A stretch of DNA of 64,000 nt from Candidatus Omnitrophota bacterium (GTDB lineage Bacteria; Omnitrophota; Gorgyraeia; Ghiorseimicrobiales; Ghiorseimicrobiaceae). A model generated the notes under the pieces. That model did not search any database and had not been told where the DNA came from. It saw only the letters and a program-made list of their open reading frames with translations. A program made the translations under genes and the position numbers. Below are positions 1 to 9,092 of the stretch, one piece after another. Numbering within the stretch: position 1 is the first letter of the stretch; each line of letters begins with the position of its first letter. The DNA lies in the NCBI GenBank assembly GCA_030681595.1, contig JAUXSB010000003.1:159207-223206 (forward strand). Direction: 5' to 3'.

Positions 1-403
1 CGTGTTTTCCCGAGGTGGGCAATTTAAAATCCATGGCAATGATATCAATATAATCAATCACTTCTTGAAGTTCTTTATGCAGTATCCCGTTGGTCTCAAG
101 GTAAGTTTTTATACCATCACGCTTTATTAATTTAAGAACCTCTCTTAAAAAATCCTTCTGTAAAAGCGGCTCACCTCCGGTAAAACTGATAGAGTGATAA
201 TTTTTCTCAAACCTTGAAATTACGCCGTAAAGTTCCTCCGGCGTATATTTTTCATAACTAGACAACTGCGTGTCACAGAAAACACAGTCTAAGTTACAGC
301 CGTAGAACCTCACAAATAGCTGCCGTGCTCCCGTATAAAGCCCTTCCCCTTGGATGCTGGAAAACACTTCTGAAACTTTACCTGTAAGCGATGGCTTAAT
401 CAT
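1..403 (-). CDS. queE: 7-carboxy-7-deazaguanine synthase QueE (radical SAM). Partial gene: start codon at 403, and the 3' end runs beyond the window start.
   Basis: Reverse translation from 403 gives MIKPSLTGKVSEVFSSIQGEGLYTGARQLFVRFYGCNLDCVFCDTQ.., a CxxxCxxC radical-SAM cluster of QueE type. It sits directly downstream of queC and queD. Confidence 0.8.
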   Translation of the reverse strand, partial: MIKPSLTGKVSEVFSSIQGEGLYTGARQLFVRFYGCNLDCVFCDTQLSSYEKYTPEELYGVISRFEKNYHSISFTGGEPLLQKDFLREVLKLIKRDGIKTYLETNGILHKELQEVIDYIDIIAMDFKLPTSGKH

Positions 404-1070
404 AAGCGGGGTCCTCCATCTGAAGAGCTGAAAAGCCCTTCTTTCTTAACAAACAGCTATCGCATCTGCCGCATGGCTTTTTGCCTCCTTTGTAACAAGA
501 CCAGGTCAAGCCCAGCGGCACCCTCAACCTAACTGCCGTCCTTACAATATCTGCTTTGGTTTTTCTAATCAGAGGCGTAACTATCTCTATGCTTGCCCCT
601 GCTACTCCTTTCTTAGTAGCGGCTTTTGCCAAGCGGTTAAAAATCCGGTAATACCCGGGACGGCAATCCGGATAACCAGAAAAATCTACCGCATTAGCCC
701 CAATAAAAATACTCCCTGCGCCAATCGCCTCGGCATACGAAAGAGCGAAACTTAAAAAAATAGTATTCCTTGCCGGTACATATGTATTCGGGATTCCTCG
801 GTTGACCACGGATCCCGTTACCATCTTAGCAACCGGTATATTTATCTTATTATCTAAAAGGCTTGAGCCTTTCCACGGCAGAGATATTCTAATAATCTGA
901 AATTCGGATTTTGCAGCTTTGGCTATTTTAACTGCTGACCCAATCTCCCTCTTATGCCGCTGCCCGTAATTAAAAATCAAACAATGGGCTTTATACCCTT
1001 TGTTCTTGGCCCAGAATAAAGTTGTAGCCGAATCCAATCCGCCGGATAAAAGAATGACTGCTTTTTTCAT
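396..1070 (-). CDS. queC: 7-cyano-7-deazaguanine synthase QueC. The start is trimmed to MKKAVILLSGG (the ORF track extends to 1142).
   Basis: Carries the SGGLDS PP-loop motif and a C-terminal Cys cluster (CGRCDSC). Confidence 0.85.
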   Translation of the reverse strand: MKKAVILLSGGLDSATTLFWAKNKGYKAHCLIFNYGQRHKREIGSAVKIAKAAKSEFQIIRISLPWKGSSLLDNKINIPVAKMVTGSVVNRGIPNTYVPARNTIFLSFALSYAEAIGAGSIFIGANAVDFSGYPDCRPGYYRIFNRLAKAATKKGVAGASIEIVTPLIRKTKADIVRTAVRLRVPLGLTWSCYKGGKKPCGRCDSCLLRKKGFSALQMEDPAYD

Positions 1071-1178
1071 CCCTCGACTCCTTTTAGTCGTACTTCGACT
1101 ACGCTCAGCACGATGGTGAGCGAGCGAAGCGAGTCGAACCATCGCTCGGGATGACCCTGAACAGAGTCGAATGGGTCA

Positions 1179-1535
1179 TTACTCATAATAAGTAGCGGAG
1201 GAGTTTTCTGATTCCCATACCGTTACAGATTTAACAATTGATATTTTAGGCTTGAGCTTTCTATAGACATATTTAGCGATATTCTCCGAAGTAGGATTCA
1301 CTTTACTAAAACAAGAAATCTTATTCAGGTATTTATGGTCCAGCCCATCCAGGATTTCATTGACAACCATTTTCAAGTACTTAAAATCCAAAACCATGCC
1401 GATTTTATCTAAATTCTTTTTTTGCGCCGCCACTTCTACTTTCCAGTTATGGCCGTGCAACTCCTCGCATTTTCCTTTATAGCCTTTTAGGTTATGCGCT
1501 GCGCTGAAAACAGCTTCTATTTTTATATTATACAT
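1179..1535 (-). CDS. queD: 6-carboxy-5,6,7,8-tetrahydropterin synthase QueD.
   Basis: Has the CEELHGHNWKVEV zinc-binding motif typical of the QueD/PTPS family. Confidence 0.85.
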   Translation of the reverse strand: MYNIKIEAVFSAAHNLKGYKGKCEELHGHNWKVEVAAQKKNLDKIGMVLDFKYLKMVVNEILDGLDHKYLNKISCFSKVNPTSENIAKYVYRKLKPKISIVKSVTVWESENSSATYYE

Positions 1536-1545
1536 GCCTGCCTCA

Positions 1546-2349
1546 TTAGCCGACCTCCGCCCTGCTGACGTCTTTAACCGAATGCCCTAGAAATCTACCG
1601 GCTAGATTAGTAAACCATTCCGGATTATCGCTCACATAAAACTTATGCCTCGGCTTTTTAGCGCTATCATTAAGCAAGTCTTCGCAGGCAAGCATCCTCT
1701 TTACCTCTATAGCAACCTGCTTAGCTGAATCTATCAAATTTACTTTTTTACCTAAAACCCCCTGAATTACTTCCCTTAATAAGGGATAATGCGTACAACC
1801 TAAGATAAGCGTATCCACATTTTTATTAGTCAATGGGCCGAGATATTCTCTGGCTACTTCCCTGGTTACATCTGTATCTACCCAGCCTTCCTCAACTAAA
1901 GGCACAAATAAAGGAGTGGCCGCGCTAAAAACTTTTATCTCAGAGTCAAGCTCATTTATTTGACTTTCATAACTCCGGCTCTTTATGGTGCTGGGAGTGC
2001 CAATTACGCCGATACGCTTATTCTGAGTGGCGTAAACTGCTTCTCTTGCTGCAGGGGCAAGCACCCCGACAATAGGCACGCGGAAATGGTTTTTAATTGC
2101 GGGGAGGGCTACACTTGAGACAGTATTACAGGCTACGCAAATCAATTTTACATTTTGTTTTAGCAAAAACAAAATATTCTCAATAGAAAAACGGATTACT
2201 GTTTCTTTGGATTTTATGCCGTAAGGCACACGGGCCGTGTCGCCGAAATAAATAATATTTTCCGAAGGAAGCTGGCGGATTAATTCCTTGACCACGGTAA
2301 GCCCGCCTACGCCTGAATCAAAAACACCTATGGGATAATTATTGGCCAT
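1546..2349 (-). CDS. murI: Glutamate racemase.
   Basis: N-terminal VFDSGVGGLTV motif and a ..CTHYPLL.. motif. Confidence 0.85.
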   Translation of the reverse strand: MANNYPIGVFDSGVGGLTVVKELIRQLPSENIIYFGDTARVPYGIKSKETVIRFSIENILFLLKQNVKLICVACNTVSSVALPAIKNHFRVPIVGVLAPAAREAVYATQNKRIGVIGTPSTIKSRSYESQINELDSEIKVFSAATPLFVPLVEEGWVDTDVTREVAREYLGPLTNKNVDTLILGCTHYPLLREVIQGVLGKKVNLIDSAKQVAIEVKRMLACEDLLNDSAKKPRHKFYVSDNPEWFTNLAGRFLGHSVKDVSRAEVG

Positions 2350-2353
2350 TATT

Positions 2354-3481
2354 TTATATTTTCCTGTCCGGGCTTTTTATATATGATAAAATGCCGCAGG
2401 CTAATGCTTCGGCAATCTGCTGGCGGTAAAACGCATTCTTCATATATTTTTCTTCTTCGTGATTAGAAAGAAAGCCTACTTCTACTAATACCGCGGGCAT
2501 CTGCGTATGCCTTAATACCGCAAATCCAGCCCCTTTTACGCCTAAGACTTTTACGCCGGCATCCTGAGCACATAACCTAGAGATATGCCGTGCTAATTCC
2601 ACAGACTCAAAACGATTTTCCGTAAGCAACAAATCCCAGAGTATTGTTTTTGTATTTTTAGAAAGGTTGGCTTGAAAAAATTTTTTTGCTTCCAGCCCTA
2701 TTTTTTTTTCGGGTAAAGTTATGCGACTTTCGCTCAAAGTTAAAGCCCGCGCAAGATCATCAGCACTATCGCTAATATAATACACCTCAAAACCAGATAT
2801 GCTCTTTCGCTTAGAGGCATTAGCATGCACGCTAATGAATAAATCCACCCCGTTTTTATTGGCGATTTCTGCGCGTTTTTCTAACGGGATAAATACATCG
2901 CTTGCGCGCGTCGTTACTATCTCCAACCCTTTATCTTTTAATTCGCGCTTCAGCCGCATGGCGATATCCAAAACTATATTTTTTTCTTTTAAGCCATAAT
3001 ACCTGCCTATTGCTCCGGGATCCCTTCCGCCGTGGCCGGCATCAATACAGATTTTATTAATCTTATAATGAGCGATCAATCCTTTTTGTGCCGGCGTTTC
3101 AAATTTTACCAGTTTTGGCAGGATGTTAGCCTTAAAACTATAAGGGACTACAATTATTCCGTTGTGTAATTTTACCGCATCTTTTAAATCTTCTACCTTA
3201 TCCCCTATTAACGCCAAAGGGCTATCCAGGAGTAATTTTATCGTTGTGTTTTCTTTAGTTAAGGTAACTATCCTGGCGGCATCATCATAATCCCAACTTA
3301 TGTTTTCCTTTTGACAGATATTAATCAACGGCAGGTATTTTATTCCATTGATAGTTAAAGCAGGAACCGAATACGCTTCAAGGGATAACCTACTGGTCGC
3401 GCATCCTGTCATCAGGGCAGCAAGCAACAAACAGCAAGCAGCACTTAAAAAGAATGAAAGTATGTTTTTATGTTTTGCCAT
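2354..3481 (-). CDS. N-acetylmuramoyl-L-alanine amidase (Amidase_3 family) with a lipoprotein-type signal peptide. The start is trimmed to MAKHKNILSFF...; the longer track ORF (to 3595) runs into the tmRNA 3' end and its terminators.
   Basis: DAGHGGRDPGA motif and a cysteine-containing signal peptide LLAALMTGCATS. The extended N-terminus overlaps the tmRNA acceptor arm. Confidence 0.75.
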   Translation of the reverse strand: MAKHKNILSFFLSAACCLLLAALMTGCATSRLSLEAYSVPALTINGIKYLPLINICQKENISWDYDDAARIVTLTKENTTIKLLLDSPLALIGDKVEDLKDAVKLHNGIIVVPYSFKANILPKLVKFETPAQKGLIAHYKINKICIDAGHGGRDPGAIGRYYGLKEKNIVLDIAMRLKRELKDKGLEIVTTRASDVFIPLEKRAEIANKNGVDLFISVHANASKRKSISGFEVYYISDSADDLARALTLSESRITLPEKKIGLEAKKFFQANLSKNTKTILWDLLLTENRFESVELARHISRLCAQDAGVKVLGVKGAGFAVLRHTQMPAVLVEVGFLSNHEEEKYMKNAFYRQQIAEALACGILSYIKSPDRKI

Positions 3482-3496
3482 CAGCGATTGGGCATT

Positions 3497-3551
3497 GGCG
3501 CCGAAATACCTTATTTCGGCATCCACCATGCATTTCATTAATGAAATGCAT
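3497..3551 (-). terminator. Two adjacent hairpins immediately 3' of the tmRNA. One is the perfect 24-nt palindrome ATGCATTTCATTAATGAAATGCAT at 3528-3551; the other is GCCGAAATA..TATTTCGGC at 3497-3520. They are likely the tmRNA terminator or processing stems.
   Basis: Perfect inverted repeats abutting the CCA end of ssrA, just before the amidase start. Confidence 0.5.
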
Positions 3552-3971
3552 GGTGGAGGTGCGCGGAATCGAACCGCGGTCCCTAAGCATCGCAATATTA
3601 GCCTCTACATGTTTAGTTTTACCTTTTAATCTTGCCCAAAATTACTTCGGTAAACGGAATCAATCAAGGGCCAGCCTTTTACGGTTTTGCTCTAGCGCCA
3701 AAGGCAGAACGCTAAAGCTATCCTGCTTACGACGCCTGGCCCCACCCCACAGGCAGGGAGGGCAGACGGGTTACCGTATGAAGGGTAACGCTTGTGGAAC
3801 CATTGACATCACAGGCCTAACGACTTCAATAGAAGCCATCAGCTTGTTAAATGTCAATGTCTCTGCTGGTTTTTCAGCATTTGTGTTTTGCAAGGCTTTT
3901 TAACGAGGCCTGCCTTGCCACCCCGACATGCCACCAATACTACTTTGCCTAAGTCGAAACCTTTCACCCCC
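3551..3971 (-). ncRNA. ssrA: tmRNA (SsrA), one-piece. The tag-peptide reading frame could not be delimited with confidence.
   Basis: The reverse complement starts GGGGGUGAAAGGUUUCGAC... and ends ...GGUUCGAUUCCGCGCACCUCCACCA. This gives a tRNA-like T-arm and an acceptor stem with a G3-U pair (Ala identity). smpB lies 160 nt downstream. Confidence 0.85.
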
Positions 3972-4110
3972 TTAATGAATCCCGAAGCTTCGGGACGAAT
4001 TAATCCCGTTGAGTGTGTCAAAATTATAGACCCTCTGGAATTTCTTTGAAATTCCGAGGACTTAGTCCCTGAAATTGCTTCGCAATTTCTAGGGGCGAAA
4101 CGGGACAATT
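3972..4110 (-). repeat. Structured intergenic repeat, family 1, copy A. It contains the CCCGAAGCTTCGGG palindrome plus the GGAATTT..AAATTCC and GGACTTAGTCC hairpin modules.
   Basis: Shares about 40 nt (ccctctggaatttc..gaaattccgaggacttagtccc) with copy C at 22975-23020, and the CCCGAAGCTTCGGG hairpin with copies B and C. Confidence 0.7.
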
Positions 4111-4130
4111 TACAATTAACGACACATCAG

Positions 4131-4589
4131 TTATTTTTGCCTTCCCCTCATCACTCGCTTTATCTCCAAATCTACTTCACGTTTTTTTATCGTCTCTCTT
4201 TTGTCGTAAACGTTTTTACCTTTGGCTACGCCCAGCTCGACTTTAGCAATACCGCGTGAATTAAAATAAATTTTAAGCGGTATAAGCGTAAAACCCTTTT
4301 GGCTAACCGCTCCTGCCAATTTGTTAATCTCGTTTTTATGCAACAGGAGCTTCCTTACCCGCAAACTTTCAGTTCTAAACGCCCCGGTCTTTTCGTATTG
4401 GGCTATATGCGTATTATATAAGAATACCTCGCCGTTATCAATACGGGCAAAGCTCTCCGCCAAAGACGCCTTACCTTCCCTTAACGACTTAACTTCCTGC
4501 CCCATAAGTTCAATACCGCATTCTATCTTTTCAGAGATATGATAGTCGTGATAAGCCTTCCTATTGGAAATTGACGCTACGCTATCCAT
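4131..4589 (-). CDS. smpB: SsrA-binding protein SmpB.
   Basis: NRKAYHDYHI motif, and it is adjacent to the tmRNA. Confidence 0.9.
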   Translation of the reverse strand: MDSVASISNRKAYHDYHISEKIECGIELMGQEVKSLREGKASLAESFARIDNGEVFLYNTHIAQYEKTGAFRTESLRVRKLLLHKNEINKLAGAVSQKGFTLIPLKIYFNSRGIAKVELGVAKGKNVYDKRETIKKREVDLEIKRVMRGRQK

Positions 4590-5563
4590 TATGCGTTACT
4601 AATTACAGAAAACAGACTTAAGAATAAAGGTAAGGTAAAAATGCTGAATATATGCGTCCAGAAAATCCCCTGATTAATAAAATCCGCGTCTTTGGCTTTA
4701 TAATGCCGGCTGATCAACGAAAGAGAAGTTGCCGAAGGCACTGCCGCTTCTATAATAATCAATAATCCGATTAAGCCCTGCGGCTTAAACTTATAGATAA
4801 CAAACAAAGCTAAAGCCGGAACGAGTATTAATTTTGCCAGGAGAATATTAATTAAAACGCTTATTTTCATTGCCGCCCTGGAAAAATCTATCAAGGCAAG
4901 GCTTCCTCCTACTACCAACATCGCTAAGGGAATGGTGCATTCGCCGATTAATTTAAGCGGCCTAACTACCATATCCGGAATATATCCGCCTACCCCAAAA
5001 CCACTGAATAAAAGGCCGAGCAGTATTGCTACTACGACAGGGCTAAATAAACTTCCCAATTCAAATCCTTTTCTTTTGTGGCCGGAAAGTAAATATACGC
5101 CAAAAGACCAAACCAAAAGGTTAAACCCTAATAAAAATAAAAATAAATAAATTAAAAGTTCATCCGCGCGGTCTTTAGGCAGAAGTGTTGCCACTAAAGG
5201 AATTACCAGATAGCCTGAATTTTGAAAAGCCGAAAGCGCCAAAAATTCTCTTTTCTGGGGCAAAGACTTTAGGCCGATTTTAAGCAAAATAAAGCCTATA
5301 ATAAAGCCACAGAAATTAATAACCAGACTGATAAACGGAAAAACATACCAGTTAGGATAAAGCGAAAATTTAAATCTTAAAAGAAGCTGAGTAAAGACAA
5401 AAAGCGGAAGCGTTACCTCAACTACCAATTTACTGATTATATCTAACCCATTTGGACTGATAATGTTTCGCTTCAGGATTATAAACCCGATAAACCCCAA
5501 AATAAGTATTTCAAAGACCGCAAAACTCGTGCTTTTAAAAGAGGTTAAAAAAGCTTCTAACAT
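4589..5563 (-). CDS. Polytopic membrane permease, probably AEC (auxin-efflux-carrier / malate permease) family.
   Basis: About 10 predicted TM helices and an overall resemblance to AEC transporters. No diagnostic motif was verified. Confidence 0.45.
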   Translation of the reverse strand: MLEAFLTSFKSTSFAVFEILILGFIGFIILKRNIISPNGLDIISKLVVEVTLPLFVFTQLLLRFKFSLYPNWYVFPFISLVINFCGFIIGFILLKIGLKSLPQKREFLALSAFQNSGYLVIPLVATLLPKDRADELLIYLFLFLLGFNLLVWSFGVYLLSGHKRKGFELGSLFSPVVVAILLGLLFSGFGVGGYIPDMVVRPLKLIGECTIPLAMLVVGGSLALIDFSRAAMKISVLINILLAKLILVPALALFVIYKFKPQGLIGLLIIIEAAVPSATSLSLISRHYKAKDADFINQGIFWTHIFSIFTLPLFLSLFSVISNA

Positions 5564-5620
5564 AAGCCTATTATACCAGTAAAGGCACCCTGCTTCAATC
5601 CAAATTTTTGAGATAGATTA

Positions 5621-5649
5621 TTGACGAGGCAGTTAAGATGGGGTATACT
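5621..5649 (+). promoter_or_regulatory. Sigma70-type promoter for tRNA-Leu (TTGACG, 17-nt spacer, TATACT).
   Basis: TTGACG at 5621-5626 and TATACT at 5644-5649, about 15 nt upstream of the tRNA 5' end. Confidence 0.55.
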
Positions 5650-5664
5650 AAATAAACTTTAAGC

Positions 5665-5746
5665 GCGGAGGTGGTGAAATGGCAGACACGCAGGTCTCAG
5701 AAGCCTGTGCCGTAAGGTATGAGGGTTCAACTCCCTCCCTCCGCAT
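5665..5746 (+). tRNA. tRNA-Leu (anticodon CAG), type II with a long variable arm.
   Basis: Acceptor stem GCGGAGG / CCTCCGC. Anticodon loop CTCAGAA. T-arm GAGGGTTCAACTCCCTC. Long variable arm. Confidence 0.85.
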
Positions 5747-5805
5747 AAACATTTGTCCGCATGTCCGGCTCGGCTTGCGGCTACGTCTGGGGCTAGCCTA
5801 CCGTT

Positions 5806-6576
5806 TTAAATATCTAACCCAAACAGCTTCTTCGCATTTACAGTTGTAGCTTCTGCTATTTCGCCAAAAGTAACGCTTCTGATTTTAGCGATTGTTTCGG
5901 CAAGGAGTTTTACCTGATAGGGCTCATTGCGCTTTCCGCGGAAGCCTTCCGGGGAGAGATACGGGGCATCGGTCTCCAACATCAATTTGTCTTGCGGTAC
6001 GAGCTTGAGCACTTGGCATAAATTATCCGCTTTTTTATAAGTGACATTACATGTAAAAGAAACATAAAGACCTAAATCAAGGCACTCTCTTAGAAAATCT
6101 TTATCTCCGGAAAAACAATGCATTACTCCCCGCATTTGCGGAAAGCTCTCTTCTTTTAAAATACGCAGGAAATCCGCCTTAGCCTCTCGGCAGTGAAAAA
6201 TTAAAGGAAGATTGCGCTCTTTAGCCAAACCGATAAATTTCCTAAATACCTCTTCCTGCACACTCTCTTCGGAAAGATTACGGTAAAAATCAAGGCCAAC
6301 TTCGCCTATGGCTATAACTTTTGGGTTTTTAGATAGTTCTTTTATTTCTAAAAGATTATCTTCGGAAAAATCTTTGGCATCATGAGGATGAATACCAACA
6401 GAGGCAAATACCGCGGGATATTCTTTAGAAAGCTTTACTGCCGCGCGGCTATTTTCTAGGCTTGAGCCGACATTAATTATGTATTCAACACCTGAATCTT
6501 TCGCTCGCCTAATTACCTCTTCCCTGTCGGCGTCAAATTCGGGAAAATCCAAATGACAATGGGTGTCGATTAGCAT
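5806..6576 (-). CDS. tatD: TatD-family metal-dependent DNase/hydrolase.
   Basis: MLIDTHCHLDF N-terminus and conserved His/Asp positions. Confidence 0.8.
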   Translation of the reverse strand: MLIDTHCHLDFPEFDADREEVIRRAKDSGVEYIINVGSSLENSRAAVKLSKEYPAVFASVGIHPHDAKDFSEDNLLEIKELSKNPKVIAIGEVGLDFYRNLSEESVQEEVFRKFIGLAKERNLPLIFHCREAKADFLRILKEESFPQMRGVMHCFSGDKDFLRECLDLGLYVSFTCNVTYKKADNLCQVLKLVPQDKLMLETDAPYLSPEGFRGKRNEPYQVKLLAETIAKIRSVTFGEIAEATTVNAKKLFGLDI

Positions 6577-6655
6577 AATAAGAAGTTATAAATTATAAAT
6601 TATGCGTTATAAGTTTAAAAACTCAAGAAACTCATCACTTATAACTTCTAACTCA
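6577..6655 (-). repeat. AT-rich heptad-periodic spacer element, family 3 (TTATAA-rich, containing AACTCATCACTT twice).
   Basis: Shares the AACTYATCACTT..TTATAA motifs with the leuB and leuC upstream spacers at 32645-32721 and 34681-34764. Confidence 0.55.
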
Positions 6656-8137
6656 TCACTTCGTAACGTCTATTCTTGGGAAAAGGGGCGCGCCTTTTAT
6701 CGCCTTATCGGCTAAAAATTGGGCTTTAATTTTTTCGGCGGTCTCAGGCATAAACGGAGCAAGCTCTTCGGCAACGCCTCTTATCACCTCAACTAAGAGG
6801 GCGATAAAATCCTTTAGCTCATCGTGCTTATTTTCTTTGGCCAGATTCCAAGGCTTGGTTTCTTCAACGTGTTTATTGGCTAAGTTTATAACTTCCCATA
6901 TCGCCCCTAAGGAGCTGGAAAATTCTAAGTTCTCCATATACTGCCCTATCCGTTGAGGCAGCTCTTTTAATTTTTTACGTATCAAAGCGTTGTGGGCCAA
7001 ATTTAAACAAGGCGGGATATTACCGGAATAATATTTATCAACCATTGTCAAAGTGCGATAGACTAAATTTCCTAAATCATTAGCCAAATCAGAATTATAA
7101 CGCTTAATAATCGAACTTTCAGAGAAAGTTCCGTCCAAGCCGAAAGGGACATCGCGTAGCAAAAAATAACGGTAGCTGTCCACGCCAAATTTTTCTACCA
7201 TTTCAATCGGATCAACAACATTACCCTTAGATTTAGACATTTTTTCATGACGCTCACCGATGAGCCACCAGCCATGAGCGATAATCCTCCCTGGAAGCTC
7301 TAAATCCAGCGCTTTTAGCATAATCGGCCAGTAAATCGCATGCTGACGCAGGATGTCTTTGCCGATAAAATGCACATCCGCCGGCCAAAATTTCTTAAAT
7401 TTATTCTGGTCGTTTTCAAAACCTACTGCGCTTATGTAGTTAAGAAGCGCGTCAAACCAGACATAGGTAACGTGTTCTTTACTAAAAGGCACCTCTATAC
7501 CCCAGTTCATCCGCGACTTAGGCCGGGAAATACACAAATCTTCAAGCTTATTTTGCATGATAAAACTTAATGCCTCATTGTAACGAAAACTGGGCAGGAC
7601 AAAATCTGGATGCGCCTTAAAATAATCAATCAACCAATCCTGATATTTAGAAAGCTTAAAGAAAAAATTTGTCTCGCTGATATGTTCTAATTTACGCTTA
7701 CAATCCGGGCAAACCGGGCTATCCTCGCCTGCCTCTGTCCAAAATGTCTCGCAAGGCGTACAATACCAGCCCTCATATTTTGCCTCATAGATATCGCCGT
7801 TCTTATAAAGAATATCTAATACTTTTTGCACAGCTTTAATATGGCGCCCTTCAGTTGTACGGATAAAATCATTGTAAGAAATATCTAACTTTTGCCATAA
7901 GTCTTTAAATTTCCCGACAGTCTGGTAAGCAAATTCTATCGGCGAAAGCCCTGCCTCAATTGCCGAACGCTCTACTTTTTGGCCATGTTCGTCGGTACCG
8001 GTCAGAAATAAAACATCAAAACCGGACTTGCGCTTATATCTGGCAAGAATATCTGCGGCGATATTAGTATAAGAATGCCCTATATGCGGGGCGGCATTGA
8101 CGTAATATAAAGGGGTGGTCAGGTAAAATTTGGTCAT
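6656..8137 (-). CDS. metG: Methionyl-tRNA synthetase, short form without the C-terminal EMAP domain.
   Basis: HIGH (HIGHSYT) and KMSKS motifs, plus a CPDC zinc knuckle. Confidence 0.9.
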   Translation of the reverse strand: MTKFYLTTPLYYVNAAPHIGHSYTNIAADILARYKRKSGFDVLFLTGTDEHGQKVERSAIEAGLSPIEFAYQTVGKFKDLWQKLDISYNDFIRTTEGRHIKAVQKVLDILYKNGDIYEAKYEGWYCTPCETFWTEAGEDSPVCPDCKRKLEHISETNFFFKLSKYQDWLIDYFKAHPDFVLPSFRYNEALSFIMQNKLEDLCISRPKSRMNWGIEVPFSKEHVTYVWFDALLNYISAVGFENDQNKFKKFWPADVHFIGKDILRQHAIYWPIMLKALDLELPGRIIAHGWWLIGERHEKMSKSKGNVVDPIEMVEKFGVDSYRYFLLRDVPFGLDGTFSESSIIKRYNSDLANDLGNLVYRTLTMVDKYYSGNIPPCLNLAHNALIRKKLKELPQRIGQYMENLEFSSSLGAIWEVINLANKHVEETKPWNLAKENKHDELKDFIALLVEVIRGVAEELAPFMPETAEKIKAQFLADKAIKGAPLFPRIDVTK

Positions 8138-8228
8138 TCTTGCCCCGTTAGAGATAGCCCCGAAACTTCGGGGCGTCTATCAAACCTGTGCCTTTTAAAA
8201 ATGCTCCTGCTTCCTAAATTTACTCTTA

Positions 8229-9092
8229 CTATAAAATAGTTTTCCCGTTATCTCTAACGGGGGTTCCTTTATAGCTAACAGTGATATGCCTTCCGTCTTC
8301 TAATTCTACGAGCGCCGTACCCTTTAAAGGATTAACGCTTAATACGCTGCCTTTTCCTTCAGGTAAAACGACTTTAGCGCCTTCTTGAGGAAGGCCGAGC
8401 GATAGGTCTTTGTAAGTCTTGTATTCATAGGATAAACAGCACATTAAGCGGCCGCATAAGCCGGAAATCTTCGGCGGGTTTAAAGGTAAATTCTGCTCTT
8501 TTGCCATCTTAATTGTAACCGGCTCAAATTCCTTTAAGAACTTGGCACAGCACAGCCCCCTTCCGCATGGGCCGAAGCCTCCGAAAATCTTTGCCTCATC
8601 CCGCACGCCGATCTGCCTGAGTTCGATACGCGTCTTAAATAAATGCGCCAAATCCTTAACTAATTCCCGAAAATCTACCCTGCCTTTTGCGGTAAAATAA
8701 AATATGAGCTTGGTGCGGTCAAAAGAATATTCCGCGTCCACCAGCTTCATATCTAATTTATGTTCTTCAATCTTTTTTGTGCAGGAAGAGAATACCTCTT
8801 TCGCTTTTTGTTTGTTTTGCTGAATTTGCTTTATATCCTGCGGCGTTGCCAAGCGTAAAACTTTCTTTATGCCGTCTTCTAACTTTTCCTTAGGCCTTTC
8901 CTTTAAATGTACAGGAAGACCCGCCCTTGCAGGACTAGAAAGTATTTCCGGATCAGTAACAACCTGGCCATAATCAATGCCCCTGTCCGCTTCTACAATC
9001 ACGTAATCATCGGCCTTAAGGGTAATTTTATCAAAAATAAAATACAGAGTCTGCCCTGCTTCCCGCAGGCGCACTTGCACTACGTTTTGCAT
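8229..9092 (-). CDS. ricT: PSP1 C-terminal domain protein (RicT/YaaT-like).
   Basis: Follows holB as in Bacillus (holB-yaaT). It has a PSP1-like core and Cys-rich segments. The gene ends with a TAG stop, which shows TAG is an ordinary stop in this genome. Confidence 0.7.
   Translation of the reverse strand: MQNVVQVRLREAGQTLYFIFDKITLKADDYVIVEADRGIDYGQVVTDPEILSSPARAGLPVHLKERPKEKLEDGIKKVLRLATPQDIKQIQQNKQKAKEVFSSCTKKIEEHKLDMKLVDAEYSFDRTKLIFYFTAKGRVDFRELVKDLAHLFKTRIELRQIGVRDEAKIFGGFGPCGRGLCCAKFLKEFEPVTIKMAKEQNLPLNPPKISGLCGRLMCCLSYEYKTYKDLSLGLPQEGAKVVLPEGKGSVLSVNPLKGTALVELEDGRHITVSYKGTPVRDNGKTIL

Noticed and set aside
1071-1178. preQ1 riboswitch in the que operon.
   Set aside because: The queC-queD spacer contains hairpins but no recognisable preQ1-I or preQ1-II consensus. 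Only 10 nt separate murI from queD at the operon 5' end. I cannot support a riboswitch call from sequence alone.
3454-4108. Track ORFs 3348-3629 (+), 3454-3903 (+) and 3854-4108 (-).
   Set aside because: They lie within or antisense to the tmRNA and the family-1 repeat. They have no SD or start context and are products of structured RNA sequence.
8127-8135. AAAATTTGG at the metG start resembling the family-1 core.
   Set aside because: It is only a 9-nt match and lies in-frame within the start of metG (ATGACCAAATTTTAC). Coincidence is likely. The nearby hairpin CCCCGAAACTTCGGGG (8157-8172) is noted but is too short to assign to the family.
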